Made by a program: the position numbers and the translations under genes. A DNA stretch of 64,000 nucleotides from Bacteroidales bacterium. GTDB lineage: Bacteria > Bacteroidota > Bacteroidia > Bacteroidales > UBA932. The notes beneath the pieces were generated by a model. The model was not told the DNA's origin and did not search any database. It was given only the letters and a program-made list of their open reading frames with translations. The stretch spans positions 6,949-70,948 of the forward strand of contig JAEETP010000002.1 in assembly GCA_016290415.1 (NCBI GenBank), given 5' to 3'. Shown piece by piece: positions 43,743 to 52,937 of the stretch (positions within the stretch are counted from its first letter, which is position 1; each line of letters begins with the position of its first letter).

Positions 43743-45560
43743 TTATTTGACTTCGATAAGATAATTCCCTTCAAAGATAGGATTAATTATTGGATCGGGA
43801 CCCTCAACCTCGTAGGTTTTAAGATCGTCCGATGCATATTCGGTTACTTTATATTTGCGGGGCCCGAGGCCGCGGAGGGTGATGGGCTCGCCATTCCACT
43901 TAGGAGCATAGAATGCATAATACATTGCACCGTCCTTCTCAATTACGTGAGCCTCGGGTTTATCAAAACCATAATCATAAAGGTTCAGGTAATTGCCCTT
44001 GGAAAGCATCTTCTCGCTATAGATAGGCACCCACTTGCGCAGCAGAGCCTCCTTTTCTTCTGTCAGAAGGCTGCCGCCCGACTCCTTGGCGTCCGGGTTG
44101 GCCTTGGGCCAGGTGAATTTGGTGCCGATGACGCCGCCCACGCCCACTTGCGAAGGGAAATCCAGGCCGCCGTCGCTAAGCTCCACGTGGTCTGCATAAT
44201 AGGCCAGGTCGGGGCACATAGCAGCATAAGCCCTGCGTTTCATACGGATCTGGGCGCTGGAGGTAGGGTCGGAAGCAACCGACTGGTTGATGTAGGGCAG
44301 ATAGAAAAAGTTCACAGCGCAGCCGCAGGGACAGAGCTGCACCACTGCGCCCGGCTTGTCGGCCTCGGCACGTTCTGCCACGCCCTTCACAAACTCCGGG
44401 TAACGCTCGCACGCCTCTTCTGGATATGCGATGTCGCTGGTGGGATTATAGTCTGGCGCACACAGATTCAAATACTGGCCGTCCAGTTTGAAGCCGTCAA
44501 AGCCCCAGTCTACCAGAAAGCGGTCCACCAGGTTCAGGGTATAATCCATCGTGCCCTTGTTTATGGGAGAGAGATACCAGCTGTCCCACCAACTGATGTC
44601 CTCGTGGGTACCGTCTTTCTGCACCAGAAGCAGCTCGGGATGATTCTTGGCGAGGCTGCTTTCGGGATCGGCGCACATCGGCGCCCACCACAGCTTGGCC
44701 ATCAGACCCGCCTCGTGTATCGCGTCGGTCATACGGCGCATACCGTCGGGACCGATGCGGTCGTTGGTCTCCCAGTCGCCTTCGCAAATCTGGTAGCCAT
44801 CATCCACGTCGACCCATTTGAAACCCAGCTCCACAACCTTGGGCAAAGTGCCTATAACCTCGTCTACGGTGAATGTACGCTCGTAGCCCCAGGCGCACCA
44901 AACGGGTTCGTAGGCTGCATCGGGAGACTTGGGCATTTCAAAGCCGAAAGTCTTTTGCATATACTGCGAGAACTCCCGCAGCGGATTGAAAAAGTCTCCG
45001 CTGGAGGTCAGTATAAACTGATTGCAGGCCTTGAGCGTATCGCCTGGCTGCAGCACCACCGGCTCTTCAAAATCCTGGCGGATGCACGCCTCGGCGCGGT
45101 TGCCGCGGCGCTTTACCGGCATTGATACCAGGCGGATCACCGGCTCTGCAAGACCCACGCTGATATTGGCCTCGGGTGTCCACAGGCAGACCATAGGGAT
45201 ACCTCCGCCATAGTCGGAACCGTTCATTCCCAAGAAGTTGCGCTGGTAGAAACCGCTCTCCACCGGCATAGCCCAGTCCAGCCGGTCACCGGTAGAAGTG
45301 GGCTGGAAAGACCATATCTCCTTGCCGGAAACCTCTATCCTGGAGGTTTCCATAGCATCTATGGTGACAGGCTTTCCGCTTTCGTTTACAAAAGCCACAG
45401 TGCGGACGGTCATTCCAGCAAAACCCGCAGGGCACTCCGAGGTAGAGATAACGCTGATGCCGGGCACAACTTTTTTGCCCGACAGCAAGCAGTCGGAAGG
45501 TTTGGGGGCACAACCGGCCAGAAGCAGCAACGCAGCCGCTATGACTGATATCTTTTTCAT
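43743..45560 (-). CDS. clan GH-D alpha-galactosidase / alpha-N-acetylgalactosaminidase-like lipoprotein (GH27/GH36-like)
   Basis: Start taken at MKKISVIAAALLLLAGCAPK. Contains FKWVDVDDGYQ and FDGFKLDGQ motifs. Confidence 0.6.
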   Translation of the reverse strand: MKKISVIAAALLLLAGCAPKPSDCLLSGKKVVPGISVISTSECPAGFAGMTVRTVAFVNESGKPVTIDAMETSRIEVSGKEIWSFQPTSTGDRLDWAMPVESGFYQRNFLGMNGSDYGGGIPMVCLWTPEANISVGLAEPVIRLVSMPVKRRGNRAEACIRQDFEEPVVLQPGDTLKACNQFILTSSGDFFNPLREFSQYMQKTFGFEMPKSPDAAYEPVWCAWGYERTFTVDEVIGTLPKVVELGFKWVDVDDGYQICEGDWETNDRIGPDGMRRMTDAIHEAGLMAKLWWAPMCADPESSLAKNHPELLLVQKDGTHEDISWWDSWYLSPINKGTMDYTLNLVDRFLVDWGFDGFKLDGQYLNLCAPDYNPTSDIAYPEEACERYPEFVKGVAERAEADKPGAVVQLCPCGCAVNFFYLPYINQSVASDPTSSAQIRMKRRAYAAMCPDLAYYADHVELSDGGLDFPSQVGVGGVIGTKFTWPKANPDAKESGGSLLTEEKEALLRKWVPIYSEKMLSKGNYLNLYDYGFDKPEAHVIEKDGAMYYAFYAPKWNGEPITLRGLGPRKYKVTEYASDDLKTYEVEGPDPIINPIFEGNYLIEVK

Positions 45561-45561
45561 A

Positions 45562-46515
45562 TTAGAGATTGATTTCTTGTCCAAAACGCTCCCGGCAAAC
45601 CTTGCGCACAGCTTCCAGCGAGGCAAAGGCCCCGGTACCTCCGGCGGCGGTGGTATTCACGGCGCCGGTCAGGTTGCCGGTGCGCTGGCACTCCTCAAGC
45701 GGCAGCCCTTTGACAAAGGCGCTCACAAAACCCGAGTTGCAGCTGTCGCCGGCGCCAATTGCATCCACAACATCTTTATTGAGGAATGCCGGAAGCTGGG
45801 TGCGGCTGCCGTCTTTCTTTATAAGTATGGAACCTTTGCTGCCGCACTTGAGCATCATTGCACAGCCAAGATACGGCTCAACTTCTGCAATCGCGCTTTC
45901 CAGGTCTTTCTTGCCGGTGAGCTCCTGCAGCTCCTTTTCGTTGGGCATAAACACGGTGATCTTGGGGAGAAGCTTCTTATAGTCAAAAGCCCACTTCTCT
46001 ATCGGATCCCACTGGGTATCAAGCGAAACAGTGACACCCTTGGCGGCCGCCAGGTCCAGAATCTTTTCCAGATCACGCAGCACGCCGCTCTGCATAAATA
46101 TAGAACTCAGATGAATATGTTTCGTCTGGTCGAAAACCGAAAGGTCCATATCATCCAGCCCCATCACATCCATGGCACCCTGATATGTCAGCACCGCACG
46201 GTCCTCTCCATAACTCATACAAATCGAGGCTCCGGTGGGAGTATCTCCCTCTACAAGGAAACTGGTGTCAACGCCGCGCGCTTCAAGGGAAGTGCGCACC
46301 AGAGAGCCAAAAGAGTCGCGCCCTATCATACCCACAAAGCACACCTTGCTGCCCAGCGATGCTGCATTGGCGGCAAAAATTGCGGTGGAACTACCCAGGG
46401 TCACAATCATATCCTGAGCAAATTTCTCCTTGCCGATTTCGGGTTCCGATTCAATCCTGTTTAGGATAATGTCCACGTTGAGCTCGCCAATGGCGGCAAT
46501 GTCATACTTTTTCAT
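45562..46515 (-). CDS. PfkB-family carbohydrate kinase (candidate tagatose-6-phosphate or amino-sugar kinase)
   Basis: Ribokinase-like fold with a C-terminal DAIGAGDSCNSGF anion-hole motif. Confidence 0.8.
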   Translation of the reverse strand: MKKYDIAAIGELNVDIILNRIESEPEIGKEKFAQDMIVTLGSSTAIFAANAASLGSKVCFVGMIGRDSFGSLVRTSLEARGVDTSFLVEGDTPTGASICMSYGEDRAVLTYQGAMDVMGLDDMDLSVFDQTKHIHLSSIFMQSGVLRDLEKILDLAAAKGVTVSLDTQWDPIEKWAFDYKKLLPKITVFMPNEKELQELTGKKDLESAIAEVEPYLGCAMMLKCGSKGSILIKKDGSRTQLPAFLNKDVVDAIGAGDSCNSGFVSAFVKGLPLEECQRTGNLTGAVNTTAAGGTGAFASLEAVRKVCRERFGQEINL

Positions 46516-46572
46516 TGGGTTTCGATTTTTCTCTACGGTACAAATATAATCTTTTTTTCGAAAGAATTGCGA

Positions 46573-46584
46573 TTTCGCTTTGTT
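46573..46584 (+). promoter_or_regulatory. candidate DeoR/AgaR operator half (TTTCGCTTTGTT)
   Basis: The exact 12-mer recurs in inverted orientation at 47426-47437. It is embedded in a cluster of TTTCG/CGAAA motifs. Confidence 0.4.
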
Positions 46585-46601
46585 TCATATCGAAATATTA
46601 C

Positions 46602-46609
46602 TATATTTG
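46602..46609 (+). promoter_or_regulatory. candidate -7 promoter box (TATATTTG) of the DeoR regulator gene
   Basis: TAnnTTTG match 17 nt upstream of the ATG at 46627. It is followed by AACCGAAACA (46615-46624). Confidence 0.45.
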
Positions 46610-46626
46610 CATAAAACCGAAACACT

Positions 46627-47418
46627 ATGAAAATCTACGATACCGCCCAGGGCCGCAGGTCGGCTATTCTTCAGAAACTTCGCGAGGACTCTTCAGTGAC
46701 CGTTTCCCAGCTTAAGGAGATCTTCGGCGTCTCCGAAGTCACCATCCGCAAGGACCTCAGGATCCTTCAGGACCGCAAGCTTCTGATACGTGTCCACGGC
46801 GGGGCACTTAAAGAAAGCAGCACCAACCAGAAAGAGCCGGACGAGCACAACTTCAGCTTCAAGCAGATGGTTAATTCCCGCGAGAAGCAGGCTATTGGCC
46901 GGGCTGCCGCCGCACATATCAAAGACGGCGACACAATACTTATCGACTCCGGCACTACCACCCTGGAAGTGGTTCGCAATCTGCATAACTTCAACGATTT
47001 AACCATAGTCACCACCTCGGTGAACGCAATGATGGAAGCGGTAAAATACCGCCGATTCAAGGTGATGATGCTGGGCGGACTGCTGCGGGAAACCAGTCTT
47101 TCTGTGGTGGGGCCGCTGGCAGAATCCAACCTCAAGCTTTTCTATTGCGACAAGCTTTTCCTGGGCGTGGACAGTTTCAGCGTGGAGTCGGGTCTTTCCA
47201 CTCCCAACGTAGAGGAAGCCAGCACCAACCAGGTGATGATTTCCCGCGCCTCCGAGGTAATTGCAGTGTTCGATTCCAGCAAGGTGGGCAAGCGCGCGCT
47301 GGCATTCATCGCCTCGGTTGACAAACTTAACACCATCATCACCGACAGCGGATTCCCCACCAATATGCGCAACCAGCTCAAGTCTATGAATGTTAACGTA
47401 GAGACCGTTGACCTGTAA
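46627..47418 (+). CDS. DeoR/GlpR-family transcriptional regulator (AgaR-like)
   Basis: HTH VSQLKEIFGVSEVTIRKDLRIL plus a DeoR C-terminal sugar-phosphate sensor domain. Confidence 0.8.
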   Translation: MKIYDTAQGRRSAILQKLREDSSVTVSQLKEIFGVSEVTIRKDLRILQDRKLLIRVHGGALKESSTNQKEPDEHNFSFKQMVNSREKQAIGRAAAAHIKDGDTILIDSGTTTLEVVRNLHNFNDLTIVTTSVNAMMEAVKYRRFKVMMLGGLLRETSLSVVGPLAESNLKLFYCDKLFLGVDSFSVESGLSTPNVEEASTNQVMISRASEVIAVFDSSKVGKRALAFIASVDKLNTIITDSGFPTNMRNQLKSMNVNVETVDL

Positions 47419-47425
47419 AACCCGC

Positions 47426-47437
47426 AACAAAGCGAAA
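47426..47437 (-). promoter_or_regulatory. candidate DeoR/AgaR operator half (TTTCGCTTTGTT on minus strand)
   Basis: Inverted exact copy of 46573-46584. Neighbouring CGAAAC motifs lie at 47443-47448 and within 47464-47473. Confidence 0.4.
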
Positions 47438-47488
47438 CCAATCGAAACGTTTTCTGCAGAATCAACCGAAACAATATGCATTTTTTTG

Positions 47489-47496
47489 TAATTTTG
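47489..47496 (+). promoter_or_regulatory. candidate -7 promoter box (TAATTTTG) of agaS
   Basis: TAnnTTTG match 20 nt upstream of the ATG at 47517. Confidence 0.45.
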
Positions 47497-47516
47497 TTCG
47501 GATAAAAACCACAAAG

Positions 47517-48626
47517 ATGACACAGGATTTATACACGTACAAAGAGATCAAACAACAGCCAGAAGTGTGGCTAAAGGCTTGTGACATAATACTTAAGCAC
47601 AAGCAGGAGATCAAAGCATTCGTAGATAGGTATGTTTCGGAAGGTTTCGAAATTATTATGACCGGAGCCGGTACTTCCGCATATATAGGTGACGCACTGG
47701 AACCCGCACTGTTCGACACACCGTTCAGGGGTGCCCGTGCCATAGCCACCACCGATATCCTCACAGCACCCGAATTCTATTTCAACAAAGACAGCAAGGT
47801 GCTGCTGATTTCATTTGCCCGCAGCGGCAACAGCCCCGAAAGCATCGGTGCAGTAAAGGCTGTTGAAGCCACCGCCGGCCGCATTGCTCACATTTTCATC
47901 ACCTGCAATGCAGAGGGCCAGCTGGCTCTGCGCAAGGGCGACAATATCCTGTGCGTGCTGCTGCCCCCCGAGACCAACGACCTCTCCCTGGCAATGACCA
48001 GCAGCTACTCCACAATGCTTCTCTCCTGCTCTATGATTGCCAACATAGACCGCCTGGAAGAGCATAAGAAATATATCGAGACCTTGTCAAGCTGCGTCAA
48101 GGCCGCAATGGAAAAATACGAAAGCGAGATAGAGCAGCTCACACGCCGCGACTTCAAGCGCGCCATCTTCCTGGGCAGCGGCCCTCTCCAGGGCGTTGCA
48201 GAGGAATCCCGCCTCAAACTGCAGGAGCTCACCGACGGCGCCGTTATGTGCGCCTTTGACTCGTTCCTGGGTTTCCGCCACGGCCCCAAGGCTCTGGTGA
48301 ATCCCGAATCCCTGCTGGTGTACCTGATATCTCCTATGGAAAAGATCCGCCGCTACGAGTTGGATCTTATCAGGCAGATTCAGGCAAACAACACTGTAAC
48401 CGCCAGCGTGGTGGTATGCCTCCAGAATCCCGGCGTACCTGCCGACCTGTGCGTAGAGCTCGGATTCAAAGACGATATGCCCGCCTGCTACGGCTGCGTG
48501 GCATACGTATTCACCGCCCAGATGCTTGGAATGTTCAAATCCATCAATTCGGGCCTTTGCCCCGACACACCTTCTGTATCGGGCAACATCTCACGCGTTG
48601 TGGAAGGTGTAACACTATATATATAA
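47517..48626 (+). CDS. agaS: SIS-domain galactosamine-6-phosphate deaminase/isomerase (AgaS family)
   Basis: IIMTGAGTSAYIGD and LISFARSGNSPES closely parallel E. coli AgaS as I recall it. Two SIS domains. Confidence 0.8.
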   Translation: MTQDLYTYKEIKQQPEVWLKACDIILKHKQEIKAFVDRYVSEGFEIIMTGAGTSAYIGDALEPALFDTPFRGARAIATTDILTAPEFYFNKDSKVLLISFARSGNSPESIGAVKAVEATAGRIAHIFITCNAEGQLALRKGDNILCVLLPPETNDLSLAMTSSYSTMLLSCSMIANIDRLEEHKKYIETLSSCVKAAMEKYESEIEQLTRRDFKRAIFLGSGPLQGVAEESRLKLQELTDGAVMCAFDSFLGFRHGPKALVNPESLLVYLISPMEKIRRYELDLIRQIQANNTVTASVVVCLQNPGVPADLCVELGFKDDMPACYGCVAYVFTAQMLGMFKSINSGLCPDTPSVSGNISRVVEGVTLYI

Positions 48627-48630
48627 TAAT

Positions 48631-49857
48631 ATGCGCAAGACAGAGAAACTGCTTCAGAGAATCGACCAGCTCCAGAAAGAGACCGGCATCCCCCGCACCA
48701 TTTTCGCGGCCTGCCCCAACTCCCCCACTGTGATCCGCGCCAGCCTAAGGGCTGCAAAGCGCAACAACGCCCCCATTTATTTCGCAGCTACCCTCAACCA
48801 GATTGACTGCGACGGAGGCTATACCGGAATGACACAGGAGGCGTTTGTGCGCACGGTCCGATTTGAGACGGAGCGCGTGAACTTTACCGGTCCCGTGATT
48901 GTGGCCATCGACCACGGCGGACCCTGGCTCAAGGATAAGCAGCGCACAGAGAAATGGAGCACCGAAGACGCTATGAACGGCGTCAAGAAGTCGTTCGAGG
49001 CTGCCGTACTGGCTGGCTACGACCTGATTCACGTGGACCCCACCGTGGACATCAATGTCCCCAAGGGTCAGACCATAGACATCCACCTGGTGGCAAAGCG
49101 CACCGTGGAGCTGATTGCGCACGTAGAGAAGTTCCGCAAGGAGAAGGGCATCGCCCCCATATCCTATGAGGTGGGCACAGAAGAGGTCCACGGCGGGCTT
49201 GCAGACGAAACCACTTTTGATACTTTCATACACGATTTGAAATTAGGATTGGTTGGTGCAGGACTGCCCGACGTCTGGCCGTGTTTCATAGTCGGAAAGG
49301 TTGGTACCGACTTGGACACCACCATCTTCGATGGCGAAGTGGCCCGTCGTCTTACGGCTAAAGTCCGTCCTCTGGGAAGCTACATCAAAGGTCATTATAC
49401 CGATGATGTAGCCAACCCCGAGGAGTACCCTCTCTGCGGTATGGGCGCCGCCAATGTGGGTCCAGAGTTCACTATGGGCGAATACAGGGCCCTGTGCGAG
49501 CTGGAAGAGTTAGAGAAAAAGCTTGAAGCAGAAGGCAAGGTCGCTGTGCTTTCCAATATGCGCGACACTCTCATTGCCGAGGTACACGATTCCCATCGCT
49601 GGGAGAAATGGCTCCACGAAGACGAGTTGGGCAAGGACCTCACGGAACTTACCCCTGACCGTCAGGATTGGATCGTGGCAACCTGCTGCCGCTACATCTG
49701 GCAGCAGCCCCGCACCCTGGCCGCCCGCGGATTCCTTTATGACAATCTGGGCCGCCTTGGCATTGATGCAGAAGAAATTGTCCTGGGCCGCATAGAGCGC
49801 GATATGGACAAGTATTTCCGCGCTTTCAACCTTATCGGTCTCAATGACCTGTTATGA
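48631..49857 (+). CDS. GatZ/KbaZ-family tagatose-bisphosphate aldolase subunit-like protein
   Basis: ATLNQIDCDGGYTGMT, AIDHGGPW and YEVGTEEVHGG parallel the E. coli GatZ motifs SNQVNQFGGYTGMT, GGDHLGP and YVIGTEVPVPGG. Confidence 0.8.
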   Translation: MRKTEKLLQRIDQLQKETGIPRTIFAACPNSPTVIRASLRAAKRNNAPIYFAATLNQIDCDGGYTGMTQEAFVRTVRFETERVNFTGPVIVAIDHGGPWLKDKQRTEKWSTEDAMNGVKKSFEAAVLAGYDLIHVDPTVDINVPKGQTIDIHLVAKRTVELIAHVEKFRKEKGIAPISYEVGTEEVHGGLADETTFDTFIHDLKLGLVGAGLPDVWPCFIVGKVGTDLDTTIFDGEVARRLTAKVRPLGSYIKGHYTDDVANPEEYPLCGMGAANVGPEFTMGEYRALCELEELEKKLEAEGKVAVLSNMRDTLIAEVHDSHRWEKWLHEDELGKDLTELTPDRQDWIVATCCRYIWQQPRTLAARGFLYDNLGRLGIDAEEIVLGRIERDMDKYFRAFNLIGLNDLL

Positions 49858-49895
49858 TTAGACGATTTATTCATTTATATAATAATAACTGTCAG

Positions 49896-52800
49896 ATGAA
49901 ACTTAAATCCATCCGTATTATGACGATTGCGCTGGCGCTGCTGGCCATTTCGTCACAGATGTTCGCTCAGACGCATCAGGTTAGCGGAAAGGTGCTGGAT
50001 GCAACCACCGGAGAACCTGTAATAGGCGCCGGAGTTGTTGCTTCCAACGGTGGCGGTACAGTTACGGACTATGACGGAAACTATGTCATAACCGTATCTC
50101 CTTCCGCAGTGCTGACCTTCTCCAGCATCGGCTACAAGTCCGTAAGCGAGCAGGTAGGCGACCGTGCCCGAATCGATGTCAACCTGCACCCCGACAATCT
50201 GCTTCTGGACGAAGTGGTCGTGCTGGGTTACACTTCTCAGAAGAAGGCCGAGCTGTCCAGTTCGGTGGTTTCTATGAGCGGTGAGAAACTCCGTGACGTT
50301 TCTACACCCGATGTCGGCAATATGCTGCAGGGCAAGGTTGCCGGCGTTGTGGCAATGAACGGTTCCGGACGTCCCGGCGAGCAGGCCGATATCCGCATCC
50401 GCGGTACCGGTTCCATCACAGCCGGCGCAGGCCCTCTGTACGTAGTCGACGGTATTGCCGGCGGCAGTTTCAACCCTAACGATATCGAGACCATTACAGT
50501 CTTGAAAGATGCCTCTGCCACAGCACTTTACGGTGCTGCAGCTTCCGGCGGTGTGATTGTGGTCACCACCAAGAGCGGCTCGCAGGACAAAACCTCTGTG
50601 GAATTCAAGGCCAGCGGCGGTGTAAAACGCGCCCTTTACGGCCGTTTCCACCCGATGAACTCCGCTCAGCTATACGAGTTCACCCGCTCTATGGTAGATC
50701 CCGCCACTTTTGCCGGCACCTATCCCGAGTCGCTCCTTACCCAGGACTTCGACTGGCTGGGCAACTGCTTCAGGACCGGTGTCGTTCAGGACTACTACGC
50801 ATCCGTTTCGGGCAAGTCCGGCAAGGTCAATTACTTTGTGAGCGCCGACCACTACAACGAGTTGGGAACAGCCATAAACACCTATTACCGCAAGACTTCT
50901 GCCCGTATGAACCTGTCGGCTCCCATCACCGACCGCCTGACAATGACCATGCGACTGAGCTACGCCAAGTCACGTGACCGTTCCGAGCAGTCCTACCGCC
51001 TGGTAGAGCAGTCTTACTACACAATGCCCTGGGATATCCCCTACGAGATGGTTGACGGTGCATACACCAAAAATTACGTCTTCAACGGCGGCAGTATCCG
51101 CCCTGACAACGGTGAGATCTGGTGGACACAGAACCCCGCAAACATCCTGTTTGAAGAGCAGTACAACTATGGCAAGGGCTGGGGTGACGGACTCACCGGA
51201 GACTTGCAGTTGGTATGGAACGTAACCGACTGGCTGACCCTCGTCACTATGAACCGCTATGACACCTCCAACTCCTTCTGGGAGGAATATGTGGATCCCC
51301 GCACTCTGGAGGGCGGCAACACAGGCGGCAGCCTCACGAACACCGAATCCGAGAGCAATGGCTGGGGCACCACCAATCTGGCAAAACTCCACAAGACTTT
51401 TGGCAGCCACGACCTTAACGGTACCCTCGGCTGGGAATACGGCGAAGGCTATGCCCGTAGCCTTGGCGCCTCCGGCACAAACATAATGCAGGGCAAACGC
51501 GCTCTCAACAACATTGATATCCCCGGCGTTCCCGAAGGTTACGACTATATGACCCGAGCCTGGGCTGCTCTTGCACAGGCGCAGTATTCATATCTTGGCA
51601 AGTACATTGTCACAGCATCTGTACGCTATGACGAAAGTTCCAAGTTCGGCCCCAAGAACCGCGGCGGTTTCTTCCCCGGCGCTTCCGCAGCCTGGATCAT
51701 CTCCCGCGAGAGCTTCCTGGAGAATAACCCTACCATCTCTTTCCTGAAACTGCGCGCAGGTTATGGTAAGACCGGTAACGACAATATCCCCAACTTCCAG
51801 TATCAGGAGACCTACTCTCCCAGCGAGAGCGGCGACGGCGCCTACACTCTGGACCGTATGGCCAACCCCTACCTTGGTTGGGAAGAGGCCCTGATGGCCA
51901 GCTTAGGTATCGACGCCACCTTCAAGGACAACTGGAACATTACCCTGGACCTCTATCATACAATCAACAGCAAGATTCTCCTCCAGTCCCCGAAACCGCC
52001 GTCCACAGGTTTCTACGCCGTGATGGACAATGTCGGCAAGGTACGCAATATGGGTGTCGAGCTGGCAATTGACGGATCCATTATCCGCAACAGGAACTTC
52101 GCCTGGACCGTCGGTTTCAATATGGGCTTCAACCAGAACCGTGTGCTGGAGCTCCCCGAGCATCAGGACATTATCCTGAAACGCGGCGACGTGAACCAGA
52201 TCCTCAGAGAGGGCCATGATGTATACTCCTGGTATATGCCCAAGTGGGCCGGCATCGACCCTCAGACCGGTAACCCCAGATGGTTCAAGAACTTTGACGA
52301 GAACGGCAAGGAAATCATTACCGGCAATCCCGACGATGACTATGTGGGCAAGTGGGATACCGCAGCCAGCACCATCGTAGGTTCCGCATCCCCCTGGTTC
52401 AGCGGCGGTCTCAATACAGCCATCCACTGGAAAGGCTTCACCCTGAGCGCCAACGGCAACTTCGTGGTGGGCAACACCATCTACAACAGAACCCGCGAGA
52501 GTATGGACCACGACGGCGCATACACCGGTATGAACCTGATGTCCCACAACAACGGCCTCGGCTGGGTACGCTGGATGGAAGGTGACCCCGAAGGCACCAA
52601 TGCATTCGCCACCCACCCCAAACCGGTCAGCGGCCGCAAGGACGGCGCCGAGAAGACCTCTTCCCGCTTCCTTGAAAACGGCAGCTTCTTCCGCCTGAGA
52701 AACGTTACGCTGGCATACAACCTGCCGCAAACCTTCCTGCAGAAGATCAAGATGACCGATGCACGTGTCTATGTATCAGCCGACAATCTTTGGACTCTCA

Positions 52801-52925
52801 CCCGCTTCTCCGGTATGGACCCGGAGGTTCGCCTGGACGGTGACACCTATCACCACGCAGGTATGTACACGCAGAACTATCCCATCCCGATGACAGCCGT
52901 ATTCGGTATCGACATCACATTCTAA
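49896..52925 (+). CDS. susC: SusC/RagA-family TonB-dependent outer-membrane transporter
   Basis: Start at MKLKSIRIMTIALALLAISSQMFAQ. Carboxypeptidase-regulatory-like N-domain, VVVLGYTSQKK plug region, and a C-terminal beta-barrel ending in F. Confidence 0.9.
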   Translation: MKLKSIRIMTIALALLAISSQMFAQTHQVSGKVLDATTGEPVIGAGVVASNGGGTVTDYDGNYVITVSPSAVLTFSSIGYKSVSEQVGDRARIDVNLHPDNLLLDEVVVLGYTSQKKAELSSSVVSMSGEKLRDVSTPDVGNMLQGKVAGVVAMNGSGRPGEQADIRIRGTGSITAGAGPLYVVDGIAGGSFNPNDIETITVLKDASATALYGAAASGGVIVVTTKSGSQDKTSVEFKASGGVKRALYGRFHPMNSAQLYEFTRSMVDPATFAGTYPESLLTQDFDWLGNCFRTGVVQDYYASVSGKSGKVNYFVSADHYNELGTAINTYYRKTSARMNLSAPITDRLTMTMRLSYAKSRDRSEQSYRLVEQSYYTMPWDIPYEMVDGAYTKNYVFNGGSIRPDNGEIWWTQNPANILFEEQYNYGKGWGDGLTGDLQLVWNVTDWLTLVTMNRYDTSNSFWEEYVDPRTLEGGNTGGSLTNTESESNGWGTTNLAKLHKTFGSHDLNGTLGWEYGEGYARSLGASGTNIMQGKRALNNIDIPGVPEGYDYMTRAWAALAQAQYSYLGKYIVTASVRYDESSKFGPKNRGGFFPGASAAWIISRESFLENNPTISFLKLRAGYGKTGNDNIPNFQYQETYSPSESGDGAYTLDRMANPYLGWEEALMASLGIDATFKDNWNITLDLYHTINSKILLQSPKPPSTGFYAVMDNVGKVRNMGVELAIDGSIIRNRNFAWTVGFNMGFNQNRVLELPEHQDIILKRGDVNQILREGHDVYSWYMPKWAGIDPQTGNPRWFKNFDENGKEIITGNPDDDYVGKWDTAASTIVGSASPWFSGGLNTAIHWKGFTLSANGNFVVGNTIYNRTRESMDHDGAYTGMNLMSHNNGLGWVRWMEGDPEGTNAFATHPKPVSGRKDGAEKTSSRFLENGSFFRLRNVTLAYNLPQTFLQKIKMTDARVYVSADNLWTLTRFSGMDPEVRLDGDTYHHAGMYTQNYPIPMTAVFGIDITF

Positions 52926-52937
52926 CATAGATACACT

